Source of the DNA: Candidatus Woesebacteria bacterium
GTDB lineage: Bacteria > Patescibacteriota > Microgenomatia > UBA8517
Direction: 5' to 3'
Assembly (NCBI GenBank): GCA_963716475.1
Contig: OY970314.1
Span: 138,479 to 202,478 of the forward strand
DNA: 64,000 bases
Shown one piece after another: positions 34,351-44,014 of the stretch (within the stretch, counting starts at the first letter, position 1; every line of letters starts with the position of its first letter). The translations under genes were made by a program, and so were the position numbers. Under the pieces are notes generated by a model. That model did no database searches, was not told the origin of the DNA, and saw only the letters and a list, made by a program, of their open reading frames with translations.

Positions 34351-36309
34351 ATGGATTTAGTAATTGTAGAATCACCAACCAAGGCAAAGACTTTAGGCCG
34401 ATTTCTCGGACCGGAATATGTCGTTGAAGCCACAATGGGTCACATTAAAGACCTTCCCAAGAGCCAACTGGGAATTGATGTCGATAACGATTTTAAACCG
34501 GATTTTATAGAAGTAGAAAAAAAGCTTGACGTTATAAGAAAGATTAGGTCAGAGGGAAAAAAAGCAAAAATAATTTATCTGGCAACAGACCCTGACCGAG
34601 AGGGAGAGGCAATTGCCCAGCATGCCTCAGAGGTGTTGAGGGCAAGCGCTAAAACTAAACGCGTAGCCTTTCATGAAATTACAAAAGAAGCGGTTGATGC
34701 GGCAATAGGCAGTCCACGTGAGGTAGATAAAAATCTGGTAGACGCGCAGATAGCCAGAAGGGTATTGGATCGTCTAGTGGGTTATAAACTTTCTCCGCTT
34801 CTTTGGAAAAAAGTCAGGAGGGGTCTTTCCGCCGGTAGAGTCCAATCGGTTGTGGTCCGTCTCATAGTTGAAAAGGAACGTGAGATTGATGCATTTAAAT
34901 CGGAAGAATACTGGGAAATTTTCTCAACAGTTAAGGAATTAAAAAAATCAAAAGAATTCACAGTCCAATTAATAAATCAGGAAGTAAAAAATAGGCAAAC
35001 AGCTGAAAAGATAACCTCAGAACTTGGGAAGGCAAAATATGCAGTTTCCGATGTGAGGAAAAGAGAGGTCATAAAAAGTCCTTACCCCCCGTTTACAACC
35101 TCGACCATGACTCAGGCTGCTGCCAGAATTTTCGGGTGGTCCTCGAAACGAACAATGTCCATCGCTCAAAAACTTTATGAAGAGGGTCTTATTACATATC
35201 ACAGAACCGATTCATTTAATCTTTCAATTACTGCCGTTAATGCTGTCCGGAATTATATCGGAAAAGAGTTTGGGGAAAAGTATCTGCCGGCGTTGCCAAA
35301 GTTGTATAAAACGCAGTCAAAAGTCGCCCAGGAAGCCCACGAGGCAATCCGCCCGACCAACGTAAATCACAAATTTGAAATATCTGATGATAAATGGGCC
35401 AGGGATGAAGAAACACTTTATAAATTAATTTGGGCAAGATTTGTTGCTTGTCAGATGACGTCTTCAGTTTATGACGAAACAACTATTGACGTTGCCGCAG
35501 GAAGTTATCTGCTACGTGCGGGGGGGCAAGTGATGAAATTTGACGGTTGGAGACGGGTTATTCCGGCTAAACTCGACGCTGAGGGCTCGGTTACCCTTCC
35601 GGAGGTTTCAGCCGGGGAGGGATTGGACCTGGTAAAAAATTGGAGCGAACAAAAATTTACACAACCCCCCGCAAGGTTTAATGAAGCCTCGCTTATTAAA
35701 ACTTTGGAAAAACTTGGGATAGGTCGTCCTTCAACTTATGCACCCACTATTTCGACCATTCAAATCAGAAATTATGTGGAGAAAAATGAGGGCAAGTTTT
35801 CTCCGACCTCGGTAGGCGAGGCGGTTAATGATTTTCTGATTGGGAATTTTCCTGATATTTTTGAGTATGCTTTTACGGCTGAAATGGAAGACAGTTTGGA
35901 TAAGGTTGCCGATGGGAAGCTTCCTTGGGTTAAGGCAATCAAAACTTTTTACGGACCGTTTGAGAAAAAACTGGGTAGTGTTGAGAAAAATGCAAAAAGA
36001 GTCAAGATTGAGGTCGAAAAATTGGGCAAAAAGTGCCCGGAATGCGGGACCGGAGAACTTGTTGTCAGGACCGGGAGATTCGGCAAATTTATTTCCTGTT
36101 CAAGATTTCCTGAGTGTAAATATACGGCTAAATATTTGGAAAAGATAGGAACCAAGTGCCCCGAATGTAAAATCGGGGACGTGATTGTTAAAAAGACGGG
36201 AAAAGGCAGAAAGTTCTTTGGCTGCAGCCGCTACCCCGATTGTAAATGGGCTAGCTGGAGAAATCCCAAGGTTTCAAAAGAGACACAACCGATAGAGCAA
36301 ACTCCATAG
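34351..36309 (+). CDS. topA: DNA topoisomerase I with two C-terminal Cys4 zinc ribbons
   Basis: Toprim (ATDPDREGEAIA), active-site LITYHRTDS, C-terminal CPECG...CSRFPEC and CPECK...CSRYPDC. Confidence 0.9.
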   Translation: MDLVIVESPTKAKTLGRFLGPEYVVEATMGHIKDLPKSQLGIDVDNDFKPDFIEVEKKLDVIRKIRSEGKKAKIIYLATDPDREGEAIAQHASEVLRASAKTKRVAFHEITKEAVDAAIGSPREVDKNLVDAQIARRVLDRLVGYKLSPLLWKKVRRGLSAGRVQSVVVRLIVEKEREIDAFKSEEYWEIFSTVKELKKSKEFTVQLINQEVKNRQTAEKITSELGKAKYAVSDVRKREVIKSPYPPFTTSTMTQAAARIFGWSSKRTMSIAQKLYEEGLITYHRTDSFNLSITAVNAVRNYIGKEFGEKYLPALPKLYKTQSKVAQEAHEAIRPTNVNHKFEISDDKWARDEETLYKLIWARFVACQMTSSVYDETTIDVAAGSYLLRAGGQVMKFDGWRRVIPAKLDAEGSVTLPEVSAGEGLDLVKNWSEQKFTQPPARFNEASLIKTLEKLGIGRPSTYAPTISTIQIRNYVEKNEGKFSPTSVGEAVNDFLIGNFPDIFEYAFTAEMEDSLDKVADGKLPWVKAIKTFYGPFEKKLGSVEKNAKRVKIEVEKLGKKCPECGTGELVVRTGRFGKFISCSRFPECKYTAKYLEKIGTKCPECKIGDVIVKKTGKGRKFFGCSRYPDCKWASWRNPKVSKETQPIEQTP

Positions 36310-36369
36310 CTCTTTGCGTATTGACACGGTACTTAGCCAACTGCTAAAAAGCTTTCAGATATTTCATAA

Positions 36370-38166
36370 ATGAATAAAGATAGACAATACGAGGTTGGGC
36401 AAGCGCCTCTAAATGAAAACTTGGACAGATTCGCACCACCTTATACACCCGAGAAATTTACTCCTGAGGAAACTAAATATTTGGCCCCATTTTTTAGTAA
36501 CACAGATAAACCGGTTTTTGTGGTCCAGCATTTACCTGAAGAGGTAATCGGAGCTCTATCTGCCAAATATAGCCGCGCGACTGAAAGTATGCGTAGAACT
36601 TTTCTAAAGGAGTATGTGGAGCCGATTGTCCACCCTGAAACGCAGACTACCTGGAAAGATCTGGCTTGGGGTGGAAAAGGGCAAGAAACCCAAAAAAAGA
36701 ATACGTTTATGAAATGGGTTAACTTTGTAAATAATAACGGCGGAATGGATGAAGTTGTGAACATTCAAAGAGGCAGGAAATTTTTTGATAAGTGGTTAGT
36801 TGATTTTGGTGATGATTCAATTGCCGAGATGGGTGGAATTCATCTCTGCATCGAGGGGCTTTCGAATGTTGCTACGAAAGAAATTGAAGACCAAAGAATT
36901 GGAATTTCACCGATCGAAAAATCTTCCAGATATGTTTCGTTTGCAGACAGATTGCCTGACGGCAATTATCGGTATGTAGTTCCGGGTGAGATTAAAGGTA
37001 CTTCAAATGAAGAATCATATAGGAAGACCATGGATGAACTTTTTTCAACTTATTCGGAGCTATTGGATCCTTATGCTGAATATATTAAAAATTTATATCC
37101 CAGAGGAACTGACGAGAGTGACGCGTCGTTTGAAAAATCCCGGAAGGCAAAAACTTTCGACGATTTACGAGACCTTTTGCCATTTGCTACGACAACCAAC
37201 CTTGGTTTATACGGCAATGGTAGGTCGTATGAGTATTTAATAAACAGATTTACTGAGCATCCAATTGGTGAAATGCGGTACCTAAGTGACCAAATTGCGC
37301 AGGAATTGGGCCAAGTAACCCCATCGTTTATCAGAAGGATTGATTCCCCCATAGGCAAGGAAATCCAGGCGTATAAAACCGATATTAGAAATCTTCGTGA
37401 TGAACTTTCAGAGGCGCAGTTTAGTATACCCCGCAAATCTAAGAGAGAAGGCTGGTCTAAACTTATCAGTTATACAGGCGAGGGAGAGACAGAAGTCCTG
37501 ACGGCGTTTTTGTTTGGGGGCAAGTCTTCCCCGAGTTTGGAAGAGGTGCGAAGCACTGTTACTGGTTTATCTTCGGAACAAAGGAGGGAAATATTTGGGA
37601 GGATTTTTGCTCAAAGAAGTCTGGGCAAATTAAATCCAAAAAGGGAAGACGTCCGGTTTAAAAAAATGCCAAGGGCTTTTGAAAATTCAAGATATACCTT
37701 TGAAATGTGGGCAAGGGGAGGAGACTACAGGGATCTTCACAGACACAGAATGCTGACCCAGGAGAGGCAAAATTTTACAACCAAGTGGGGGTATGATTTG
37801 GAGAGTGAAGTTCTTGATTCTCCTTTTGCAGAAAGAATTCAAAGTGCCCTCCAGGCAGCAGCACCTGTTTTTGAATCAATCCAGAGAGAGCATCCTGATG
37901 CTGCCCAATACGGAGTTCCTTTTGGATATATACAACATTGGTATATGAATATGAGTGCGAGAGAAATTTATTATATGGGAGAACTCAGAACCGGTCCTCA
38001 GGGAAGGCCTCACTATAGAAAAGTTGTTCAGGAAATGGTTGATCAGGCGGCCGGTGTTCATCCGGATTTATTTAAAGGAATATTTATAGACAGGAATGAC
38101 TACTCACTTGCAAGGAGGGAATCGGAAAAATGGAGCGATAATAAAAGAAAGGAGCTAGGAGTTTAA
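36370..38166 (+). CDS. thyX: Flavin-dependent thymidylate synthase ThyX-like protein, tandem (pseudo-dimeric) form
   Basis: C-terminal half has DLHRHRMLTQERQ and NMSAREIYYMGELRTGPQGRPHYR. N-terminal half has a second degenerate ThyX repeat with ISPIEKSSRYVSF. Confidence 0.6.
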   Translation: MNKDRQYEVGQAPLNENLDRFAPPYTPEKFTPEETKYLAPFFSNTDKPVFVVQHLPEEVIGALSAKYSRATESMRRTFLKEYVEPIVHPETQTTWKDLAWGGKGQETQKKNTFMKWVNFVNNNGGMDEVVNIQRGRKFFDKWLVDFGDDSIAEMGGIHLCIEGLSNVATKEIEDQRIGISPIEKSSRYVSFADRLPDGNYRYVVPGEIKGTSNEESYRKTMDELFSTYSELLDPYAEYIKNLYPRGTDESDASFEKSRKAKTFDDLRDLLPFATTTNLGLYGNGRSYEYLINRFTEHPIGEMRYLSDQIAQELGQVTPSFIRRIDSPIGKEIQAYKTDIRNLRDELSEAQFSIPRKSKREGWSKLISYTGEGETEVLTAFLFGGKSSPSLEEVRSTVTGLSSEQRREIFGRIFAQRSLGKLNPKREDVRFKKMPRAFENSRYTFEMWARGGDYRDLHRHRMLTQERQNFTTKWGYDLESEVLDSPFAERIQSALQAAAPVFESIQREHPDAAQYGVPFGYIQHWYMNMSAREIYYMGELRTGPQGRPHYRKVVQEMVDQAAGVHPDLFKGIFIDRNDYSLARRESEKWSDNKRKELGV

Positions 38167-38169
38167 CCT

Positions 38170-38988
38170 ATGCGGGAAAGAAATACAGATGAGAAAGAAA
38201 GATTACCACGGAGATATCCTTTTATTGCAGTTGTCGGGCCGGTTGGAGTTGGAAAAACTACTTTTACTGAACTTTTGACGAATGGTACAGGTGCCACTAA
38301 ACTTCAGGAACCCTATCTGGATAATCCATATCTTAAATATTTTTATACTAAAGACCCTATCGATTTTAGTTTTGACAGTCAAATGTTTTTTTTGGCAAAT
38401 GATGGCCTTTCGGCTAGAAGAATTCCCGAGTTCTCAAAGCGTGGCCCCGTGTTTAAAGATGCCGGGAGGGAAATGAACTCCATTATTGAAAGAGTCCAAT
38501 GGAAAATGGGATGGATAAAGGATGATGACCATGAGAGATATATTTCTGCCGGCAATAATGCTTATAAAGACTGCCTGAAACCCGATGTACATATTGCTTT
38601 GAAGGCAAAAGAAGAAACTGTTATAAGAAGAATTTTGGAAAGAGGAGCCAAAGAGAAAGGAAGGGAGATGGAACTTGCGATGCACAAGAAATATCCAAAA
38701 TATTTTCCAACATTGGTTACGGAGTTTAATAGTTGGTTAGAAGAAAAACAGAGAGACTGCAACAGCTGCGTTACTGTGATAGATACCGATAAATTTGATT
38801 TCGCTCGGGATGGTAGTCAAATGGAAGAAGTAGTTACCGAAGCAAAAAACTGGCTGAGTTATTACATATCGAATCCGAATCAGAGAAACCAAGTTGGTTC
38901 GGATGGGGCAAAATTAATAATGCCGGACTCTTTTACAACGCGACCGCATATTATTGATCGTGTACCTGGGGTAAAAATAGATTATTAG
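38170..38988 (+). CDS. Deoxynucleoside kinase family P-loop kinase
   Basis: P-loop VVGPVGVGKTT and dNK-like architecture. Sits between thyX and tmk. Confidence 0.6.
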   Translation: MRERNTDEKERLPRRYPFIAVVGPVGVGKTTFTELLTNGTGATKLQEPYLDNPYLKYFYTKDPIDFSFDSQMFFLANDGLSARRIPEFSKRGPVFKDAGREMNSIIERVQWKMGWIKDDDHERYISAGNNAYKDCLKPDVHIALKAKEETVIRRILERGAKEKGREMELAMHKKYPKYFPTLVTEFNSWLEEKQRDCNSCVTVIDTDKFDFARDGSQMEEVVTEAKNWLSYYISNPNQRNQVGSDGAKLIMPDSFTTRPHIIDRVPGVKIDY

Positions 38989-39000
38989 TTAGTTTAGAAA

Positions 39001-39627
39001 ATGAAGGAAAGAGGAAAATTTGTAGTTGTAACGGGTGGTGTTGGATGTGGAAAAACAACGCAGCTTGGCTGTCTTGGAGAAATGCTTGGTAATGAATCGT
39101 GGTTTTATACCCGAGAACCCGGTGGAACAAAATTTGGTGAAAAGTTAAGGTATGTTGTTCAAGACGAAAAAGACCCTGATACAAAGATTGATCCTTATGC
39201 GTCACTTTTGACATATAGTGCGTCAAGAGCGAATCTTATCAGAGGAGTAGTAATTCCGAAAATTAATGAAGGTGTCAATGTTTTACAGGACCGTTATTGG
39301 TACGCCACGTATGCTTATCAAGGAGCAGAAGGGGTTTCCAAACCAATTATTTGGCTGGTAAGTATGATTGCTACCAACATGTTAAAACCGGATTTGGTAA
39401 TTCATTACGATTTATTGCCGGAGATAGGAATGGCTAGGAAATCCGGCAGAACTGACTCTGACAGATATGATGAAATGAAACTCGAATTTCACAAAAAAGT
39501 CAGGAATAATTACCTCCAGCTTAAAAAATTGTACCCGGGAATATGGAGAACTATTGATGCCTCAAAACCTATAGATGCCGTATTTGAGGAAACCAAGCAA
39601 GTTCTCGGAAAATTCGATATAATTTAG
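39001..39627 (+). CDS. tmk: Thymidylate kinase
   Basis: VTGGVGCGKTT P-loop, REPGGT, and DRY-like motif (QDRYWYAT). Confidence 0.85.
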   Translation: MKERGKFVVVTGGVGCGKTTQLGCLGEMLGNESWFYTREPGGTKFGEKLRYVVQDEKDPDTKIDPYASLLTYSASRANLIRGVVIPKINEGVNVLQDRYWYATYAYQGAEGVSKPIIWLVSMIATNMLKPDLVIHYDLLPEIGMARKSGRTDSDRYDEMKLEFHKKVRNNYLQLKKLYPGIWRTIDASKPIDAVFEETKQVLGKFDII

Positions 39628-39629
39628 GC

Positions 39630-40508
39630 ATGCAGAAAATTCTTGAGTGCGTGCCGAACTTCAGCGAGGGGCGTGATCTTAAAGTAATTAATGCGATTTT
39701 TGATGCGGCAAAATCCGTAAAATCGGTTAAAGTTTTTGAGCTTGAATACAACAAAGACCACAATCGTTGTTTGTTCACAATAGTGGGCGAGCCGGAGGAG
39801 GTTTTAAATTCTGTTTTTGAATCCATAAAAGTTGCCACAAAGTTAATCGATATGGAAAAGCATTCGGGTGAGCATCCCAGAATTGGCGCTACCGACGTGG
39901 TTCCTTTCGTCCCCGTTTCAGGAGTAACAATGGAGGAATGTGTAGAATTAGCCAAAAGATTGGGCAAAACGGTAGGTGAGGAATTGGATATTCCCGTATT
40001 TCTTTATGAAGAAGCGGCAACGAAACCCGAAAACCGCAATTTGGCCGATGTCAGAAAAGGTGAATATGAGGGTTTAAAAATTAAAATGAAAAAGGCGGAT
40101 TTTGGCCCGGAAAAAACGCATTCTACTGCCGGCGCAATGGTTATCGGAGCCAGGAAATATTTAGTTGCTTTCAATGTAAATCTGGATACGCCCGACCTCG
40201 AAATTGCCAAAAAAATTGCAGGAATAGTCCGTGAGAAAAACGGCGGCTTACCGGCGGTTAAAGCCTTGGGATTTGAAGTTGACGGGTTGGCACAGGTTTC
40301 GATGAATCTGGTCGACTATCAAAAAACCAATTTCGATGAAGCCTACCGCGCGGTCGAGGCAGAGGCAGCAAAATTGGGAGTTAAGATCAAAAGTTCGGAA
40401 ATTTATGGTATGATTCCTCTCGAGTCGATGGTGGCGGCTGTAAAATCTACCTTTAAAGCGGACACTTTTAAATCCGATCAAATTCTTGAAAAAAGACTAT
40501 ACGAATGA
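39630..40508 (+). CDS. Glutamate formimidoyltransferase (FTCD N-terminal-domain homolog)
   Basis: MQKILECVPNFSEGRD N-terminus. Confidence 0.75.
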   Translation: MQKILECVPNFSEGRDLKVINAIFDAAKSVKSVKVFELEYNKDHNRCLFTIVGEPEEVLNSVFESIKVATKLIDMEKHSGEHPRIGATDVVPFVPVSGVTMEECVELAKRLGKTVGEELDIPVFLYEEAATKPENRNLADVRKGEYEGLKIKMKKADFGPEKTHSTAGAMVIGARKYLVAFNVNLDTPDLEIAKKIAGIVREKNGGLPAVKALGFEVDGLAQVSMNLVDYQKTNFDEAYRAVEAEAAKLGVKIKSSEIYGMIPLESMVAAVKSTFKADTFKSDQILEKRLYE

Positions 40509-41017
40509 AAATACAAAATCAAAAAATATCAGACTTTTTGGATAGTGTTGCCTCAAAAGCACCAACCCCAGGGGGTGGAGCGGTTGCGGCAGTAACCGGT
40601 GCTTTGGCGGCGTCCCTTGTGGAAATGGTTTGCAACCTAACCATCGGTAAAAAAAGCTACCCCGATGTGCAGGATGAAATGATAAGAGTTGCAGAAAGAG
40701 CCAGTGAGCTGTCTCAAGAACTCTTAGATTTAAGCGATAAGGACTCTGAAGCCTTTGAAAAGGTAATGGAGGCGGGGAATGGTGAAGATAAAGCTAAAAT
40801 TAAAGCGGCTCTTTTGACTGCAATTGAGGTTCCCCAAAAGGTTGCAGAGCTTTGCGAGAATGTGCGTGAATTGGCGGATATCGTGGCTGAATTGGGAAAT
40901 AAAAATGCACACTCGGACGCAATGAGCGCGGAACACCTGGCCTTTGCAGGTGTCCAGGCCGCCCTGGAGAATGTAGAGATAAATAAGCGAAGCTTGCTTC
41001 TCGTGAACTCGAAGTAA
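40505..41017 (+). CDS. Formiminotetrahydrofolate cyclodeaminase / methenyl-THF cyclohydrolase-like (FTCD C-terminal-domain homolog)
   Basis: PTPGGGAVAAVTGALAASLVEMV motif. 4-nt overlap with the transferase gene. Confidence 0.7.
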   Translation: MKIQNQKISDFLDSVASKAPTPGGGAVAAVTGALAASLVEMVCNLTIGKKSYPDVQDEMIRVAERASELSQELLDLSDKDSEAFEKVMEAGNGEDKAKIKAALLTAIEVPQKVAELCENVRELADIVAELGNKNAHSDAMSAEHLAFAGVQAALENVEINKRSLLLVNSK

Positions 41018-41155
41018 GCGTAGCTTGGCACTGCTCGGAGCATTGTAAAAAGATGCTTGCGAAACTGGGTCAGGCTTGATAAAATACCCATTACACACGC
41101 AGGTCACGTTTCCTGGACCTTCCGATCTGCGGCGGTATAAGGAAATGGCAATATT

Positions 41156-41863
41156 ATGATCAAGGTATCATTAGATCAATTACTGGATAGCGGTGCCCAT
41201 TTCGGGCATCAAACCAGACGATGGAATCCCAAAATGGAGGAGTATCTCTATGGCCAGGAAAACGGGGTTCATATTTTTGATTTGACTAAGGTAAAACCCC
41301 TAATTGAGGAAGCTTTGGGATTTTTGACCAGGTCTGTTAAAGAAGGGAAAACCATTCTGATTCTAGGAACAAAAAAACAGGTCAAGGATAAGGTCGCCGA
41401 AGTTGCCGAAAGGGTAGGCGTTCCTTATGTTAATGAGAGGTGGCTTGGTGGGACAATCTCCAATTTTGAACAAATGAGAAGGTCTCTGAAAAAGATGGAG
41501 GAAATGAAGACCAATATGACCTCAGGCTTCTATAACAAGTATACAAAGAAAGAAAGACTACTTATTGACAGGGAAATTGCACGTCTTGAGAGATTCTTCG
41601 GTGGGATCGAAAATCTAACCAACGTTCCGGATGTGCTTTTTGTTGTCGATACCAAAAGAGAAGCCGGGGCTGTTCATGAAGCCAACGTCAGGAAAGTCCC
41701 CGTCGTGGGAATAGTCGACAGCAACTCCGACCCGGATGTTATTGATTACCCAATACCTATGAATGATGATGCAAGTAAGGCCCTTGAATACATATTAGAC
41801 TTAGTTGGTCAAGCCATTGAAGAGGGAAAGACCAAGGTTAAAAAGGTAGAAACTGTAAAATAA
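41156..41863 (+). CDS. rpsB: 30S ribosomal protein S2
   Basis: GAHFGHQTRRWNPKM N-terminal motif. Confidence 0.9.
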   Translation: MIKVSLDQLLDSGAHFGHQTRRWNPKMEEYLYGQENGVHIFDLTKVKPLIEEALGFLTRSVKEGKTILILGTKKQVKDKVAEVAERVGVPYVNERWLGGTISNFEQMRRSLKKMEEMKTNMTSGFYNKYTKKERLLIDREIARLERFFGGIENLTNVPDVLFVVDTKREAGAVHEANVRKVPVVGIVDSNSDPDVIDYPIPMNDDASKALEYILDLVGQAIEEGKTKVKKVETVK

Positions 41864-41864
41864 A

Positions 41865-42317
41865 ATGAAAAAAATTGATATAGCACTAATCAAAAAACTC
41901 CGCGAGGAAACCGGCGTGGCAATAATCAGAATTCGGGAAGTTCTTGAAGAGGTTGGCGGCAGTGAGAAAAAAGCTTTAGTAATTCTGAAAAAAGAAGGAG
42001 TTGAAAAAGCGGCTAAGCGGGAGGGCAGGGTGACTACAGAAGGTAAAGTTTTTGTTTATGCACACCACACAGGAAAAATTGTCGGAGTAGTTGAGCTCCT
42101 TTGCGAAACGGATTTTGTAGCCAAAAACGAACTTTTTGAAACACTAGGCCGCGATATTGCGATGCAGGTGGCCTCTATGGGAGACGAAAAGCTTACCGAC
42201 CAGGAATTTATTAAAGATCCTTCTAAAAAAATCAGCGATCTCATTAAGGAGGTTATTGCCAAAACCGGAGAAAACGTTCGCATTGGAAGAGTTTTTCGTA
42301 TAGAATTGGGGAAGTGA
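41865..42317 (+). CDS. tsf: Elongation factor Ts, short 150-aa form
   Basis: LIKKLREETGVAIIRIREVLEEVGGS UBA-like N-terminus plus a truncated core with TDFVAKNE. Confidence 0.8.
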   Translation: MKKIDIALIKKLREETGVAIIRIREVLEEVGGSEKKALVILKKEGVEKAAKREGRVTTEGKVFVYAHHTGKIVGVVELLCETDFVAKNELFETLGRDIAMQVASMGDEKLTDQEFIKDPSKKISDLIKEVIAKTGENVRIGRVFRIELGK

Positions 42318-42871
42318 TGGATGAATCGATGGTTCGATCCAAAATGCAATCTTCATTGGATGTTGTGGGTGCCGATATTGCCGGAATCAGAACGGGGCGG
42401 GCAACCCCTTCCTTAGTTGAAAATATTATTTGTCCTGCATATGGAGGAACCCAAAGACTTAAAGTAGTAGAACTGGCAACTATCACCGCGCCGGATCCAT
42501 CACAAATCATAATTAACCCATGGGACAAATCAATCATCGGAGATATCAGAAAGGGGATAACGGAGGCAAATATAGGTATGAATCCTTCTATTGATGGCGA
42601 AATAATAAGAATAACCATGCCCCCTTTGACAACGGAAGACAGGGAAAAGTACGTAAAGCTTCTATCGACGAAACTTGAAAGCGGCAAGGTTATCATTCGT
42701 CAGGTACGCGCCGACGAAATGCATGAGATTAAGAAAAAGTTTGAGGCTAAAGAAATGACTGAGGATGAGAAGTTTGCCAATGAAAAAAAGCTCCAGGAAA
42801 TTACTGATGAATTTGTCGGTAAAATTGAAGAAATGGGGGAAAAGAAGAAACTGGAGCTACTTCAGATCTGA
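42314..42871 (+). CDS. frr: Ribosome recycling factor
   Basis: RRF family, full length. Overlaps the tsf stop. Confidence 0.85.
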   Translation: MMDESMVRSKMQSSLDVVGADIAGIRTGRATPSLVENIICPAYGGTQRLKVVELATITAPDPSQIIINPWDKSIIGDIRKGITEANIGMNPSIDGEIIRITMPPLTTEDREKYVKLLSTKLESGKVIIRQVRADEMHEIKKKFEAKEMTEDEKFANEKKLQEITDEFVGKIEEMGEKKKLELLQI

Positions 42872-42883
42872 TATACTCTTATC

Positions 42884-43996
42884 ATGATTGTCTCAATCTT
42901 GATCTTTATTTTGGTTCTTTCAATCCTGGTTTTAGTGCATGAGCTGGGCCACTTTATTGTTGCGAAACGAGCCGGGGTTAGAGTAGAAGAATTTGGTTTC
43001 GGTATTCCACCCCGCCTTATAGGTAAAAAGATTGGAGAGACAATTTATTCTATTAATGCACTTCCTTTCGGCGGGTTTGTCCGCTTGCATGGGGAGACTG
43101 ATGAAGAGGGAATTACGGATCCGAAACGTGCATTTTTAAATAAAAGTAAAAAAGCAAGAGCACTTATCGTTATTGCCGGGGTTATCATGAACTTTATTCT
43201 GGCAATTGTGGCTTTTGCAGTTGTATATTCATTTTCCGGGATTCCCAGGGACACGGGGAAACTTAAGGTTATCGATGTAACTGCGGGATCTCCCGCACAG
43301 GTTGCCGGAATGGTTGTGGGGGATGTTATTACTAAGGTTGGGAATAGCCCGATTACTTCAGCGGATGATTTTATAAGTAAGACTGCTGCATTAAAAGGAA
43401 AGAAAACTGTTTTTGAAATTCAAAGGTCCTCCGGAAGCCAGGTATCAACAGTTGAAGTTACTTTGACTCCGAGAGAAAATCCCCCTACAGGTGAAGGGCC
43501 TATCGGCGTGACCATAACGACAATGGAGATTTATTACCCGCCTATTTGGCAACGTCCTTTTTACGGAATTTACTACGGGTTCAAGGATGCCCTTTTTTGG
43601 GGTCAGACGATAGTTTTAGGTCTCGTCGGTCTTTTTGGAGGTCTTTTAAAAGGCCAGATTCCTCAGGATGTTTCCGGGCCTGTCGGAATTTTTGCAGTGA
43701 CCACCGAAGCTGCCAAAAGCGGGATTCTAACGCTAATCAATTTTGTAGGAATTCTTTCCGTGAATCTCGCGATACTTAATATCCTTCCTTTTCCGGCTCT
43801 TGATGGGGGCAGACTTCTTTTTGTCGGAATAGAATCGATAACAGGCAGAAAAGTTTCCCCGAAAGTTGAAGGTGCAATTCATAATATCGGGATGATTATT
43901 TTACTTACGCTCCTTTTGGCAATAACAATCGGGGATGTTCGCAAATTGATTACATTTGGCGGCATTCAGGGATTTATCAATTCGATGGTGAAATAA
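42884..43996 (+). CDS. rseP: RIP zinc metalloprotease RseP-like (M50 with PDZ domain)
   Basis: HELGHF in TM1, a central PDZ (GSPAQVAGMVVGDVI), and a C-terminal LDGG motif. Confidence 0.8.
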   Translation: MIVSILIFILVLSILVLVHELGHFIVAKRAGVRVEEFGFGIPPRLIGKKIGETIYSINALPFGGFVRLHGETDEEGITDPKRAFLNKSKKARALIVIAGVIMNFILAIVAFAVVYSFSGIPRDTGKLKVIDVTAGSPAQVAGMVVGDVITKVGNSPITSADDFISKTAALKGKKTVFEIQRSSGSQVSTVEVTLTPRENPPTGEGPIGVTITTMEIYYPPIWQRPFYGIYYGFKDALFWGQTIVLGLVGLFGGLLKGQIPQDVSGPVGIFAVTTEAAKSGILTLINFVGILSVNLAILNILPFPALDGGRLLFVGIESITGRKVSPKVEGAIHNIGMIILLTLLLAITIGDVRKLITFGGIQGFINSMVK

Positions 43997-44014
43997 ATGT
44001 TACAATAGCTTCGT

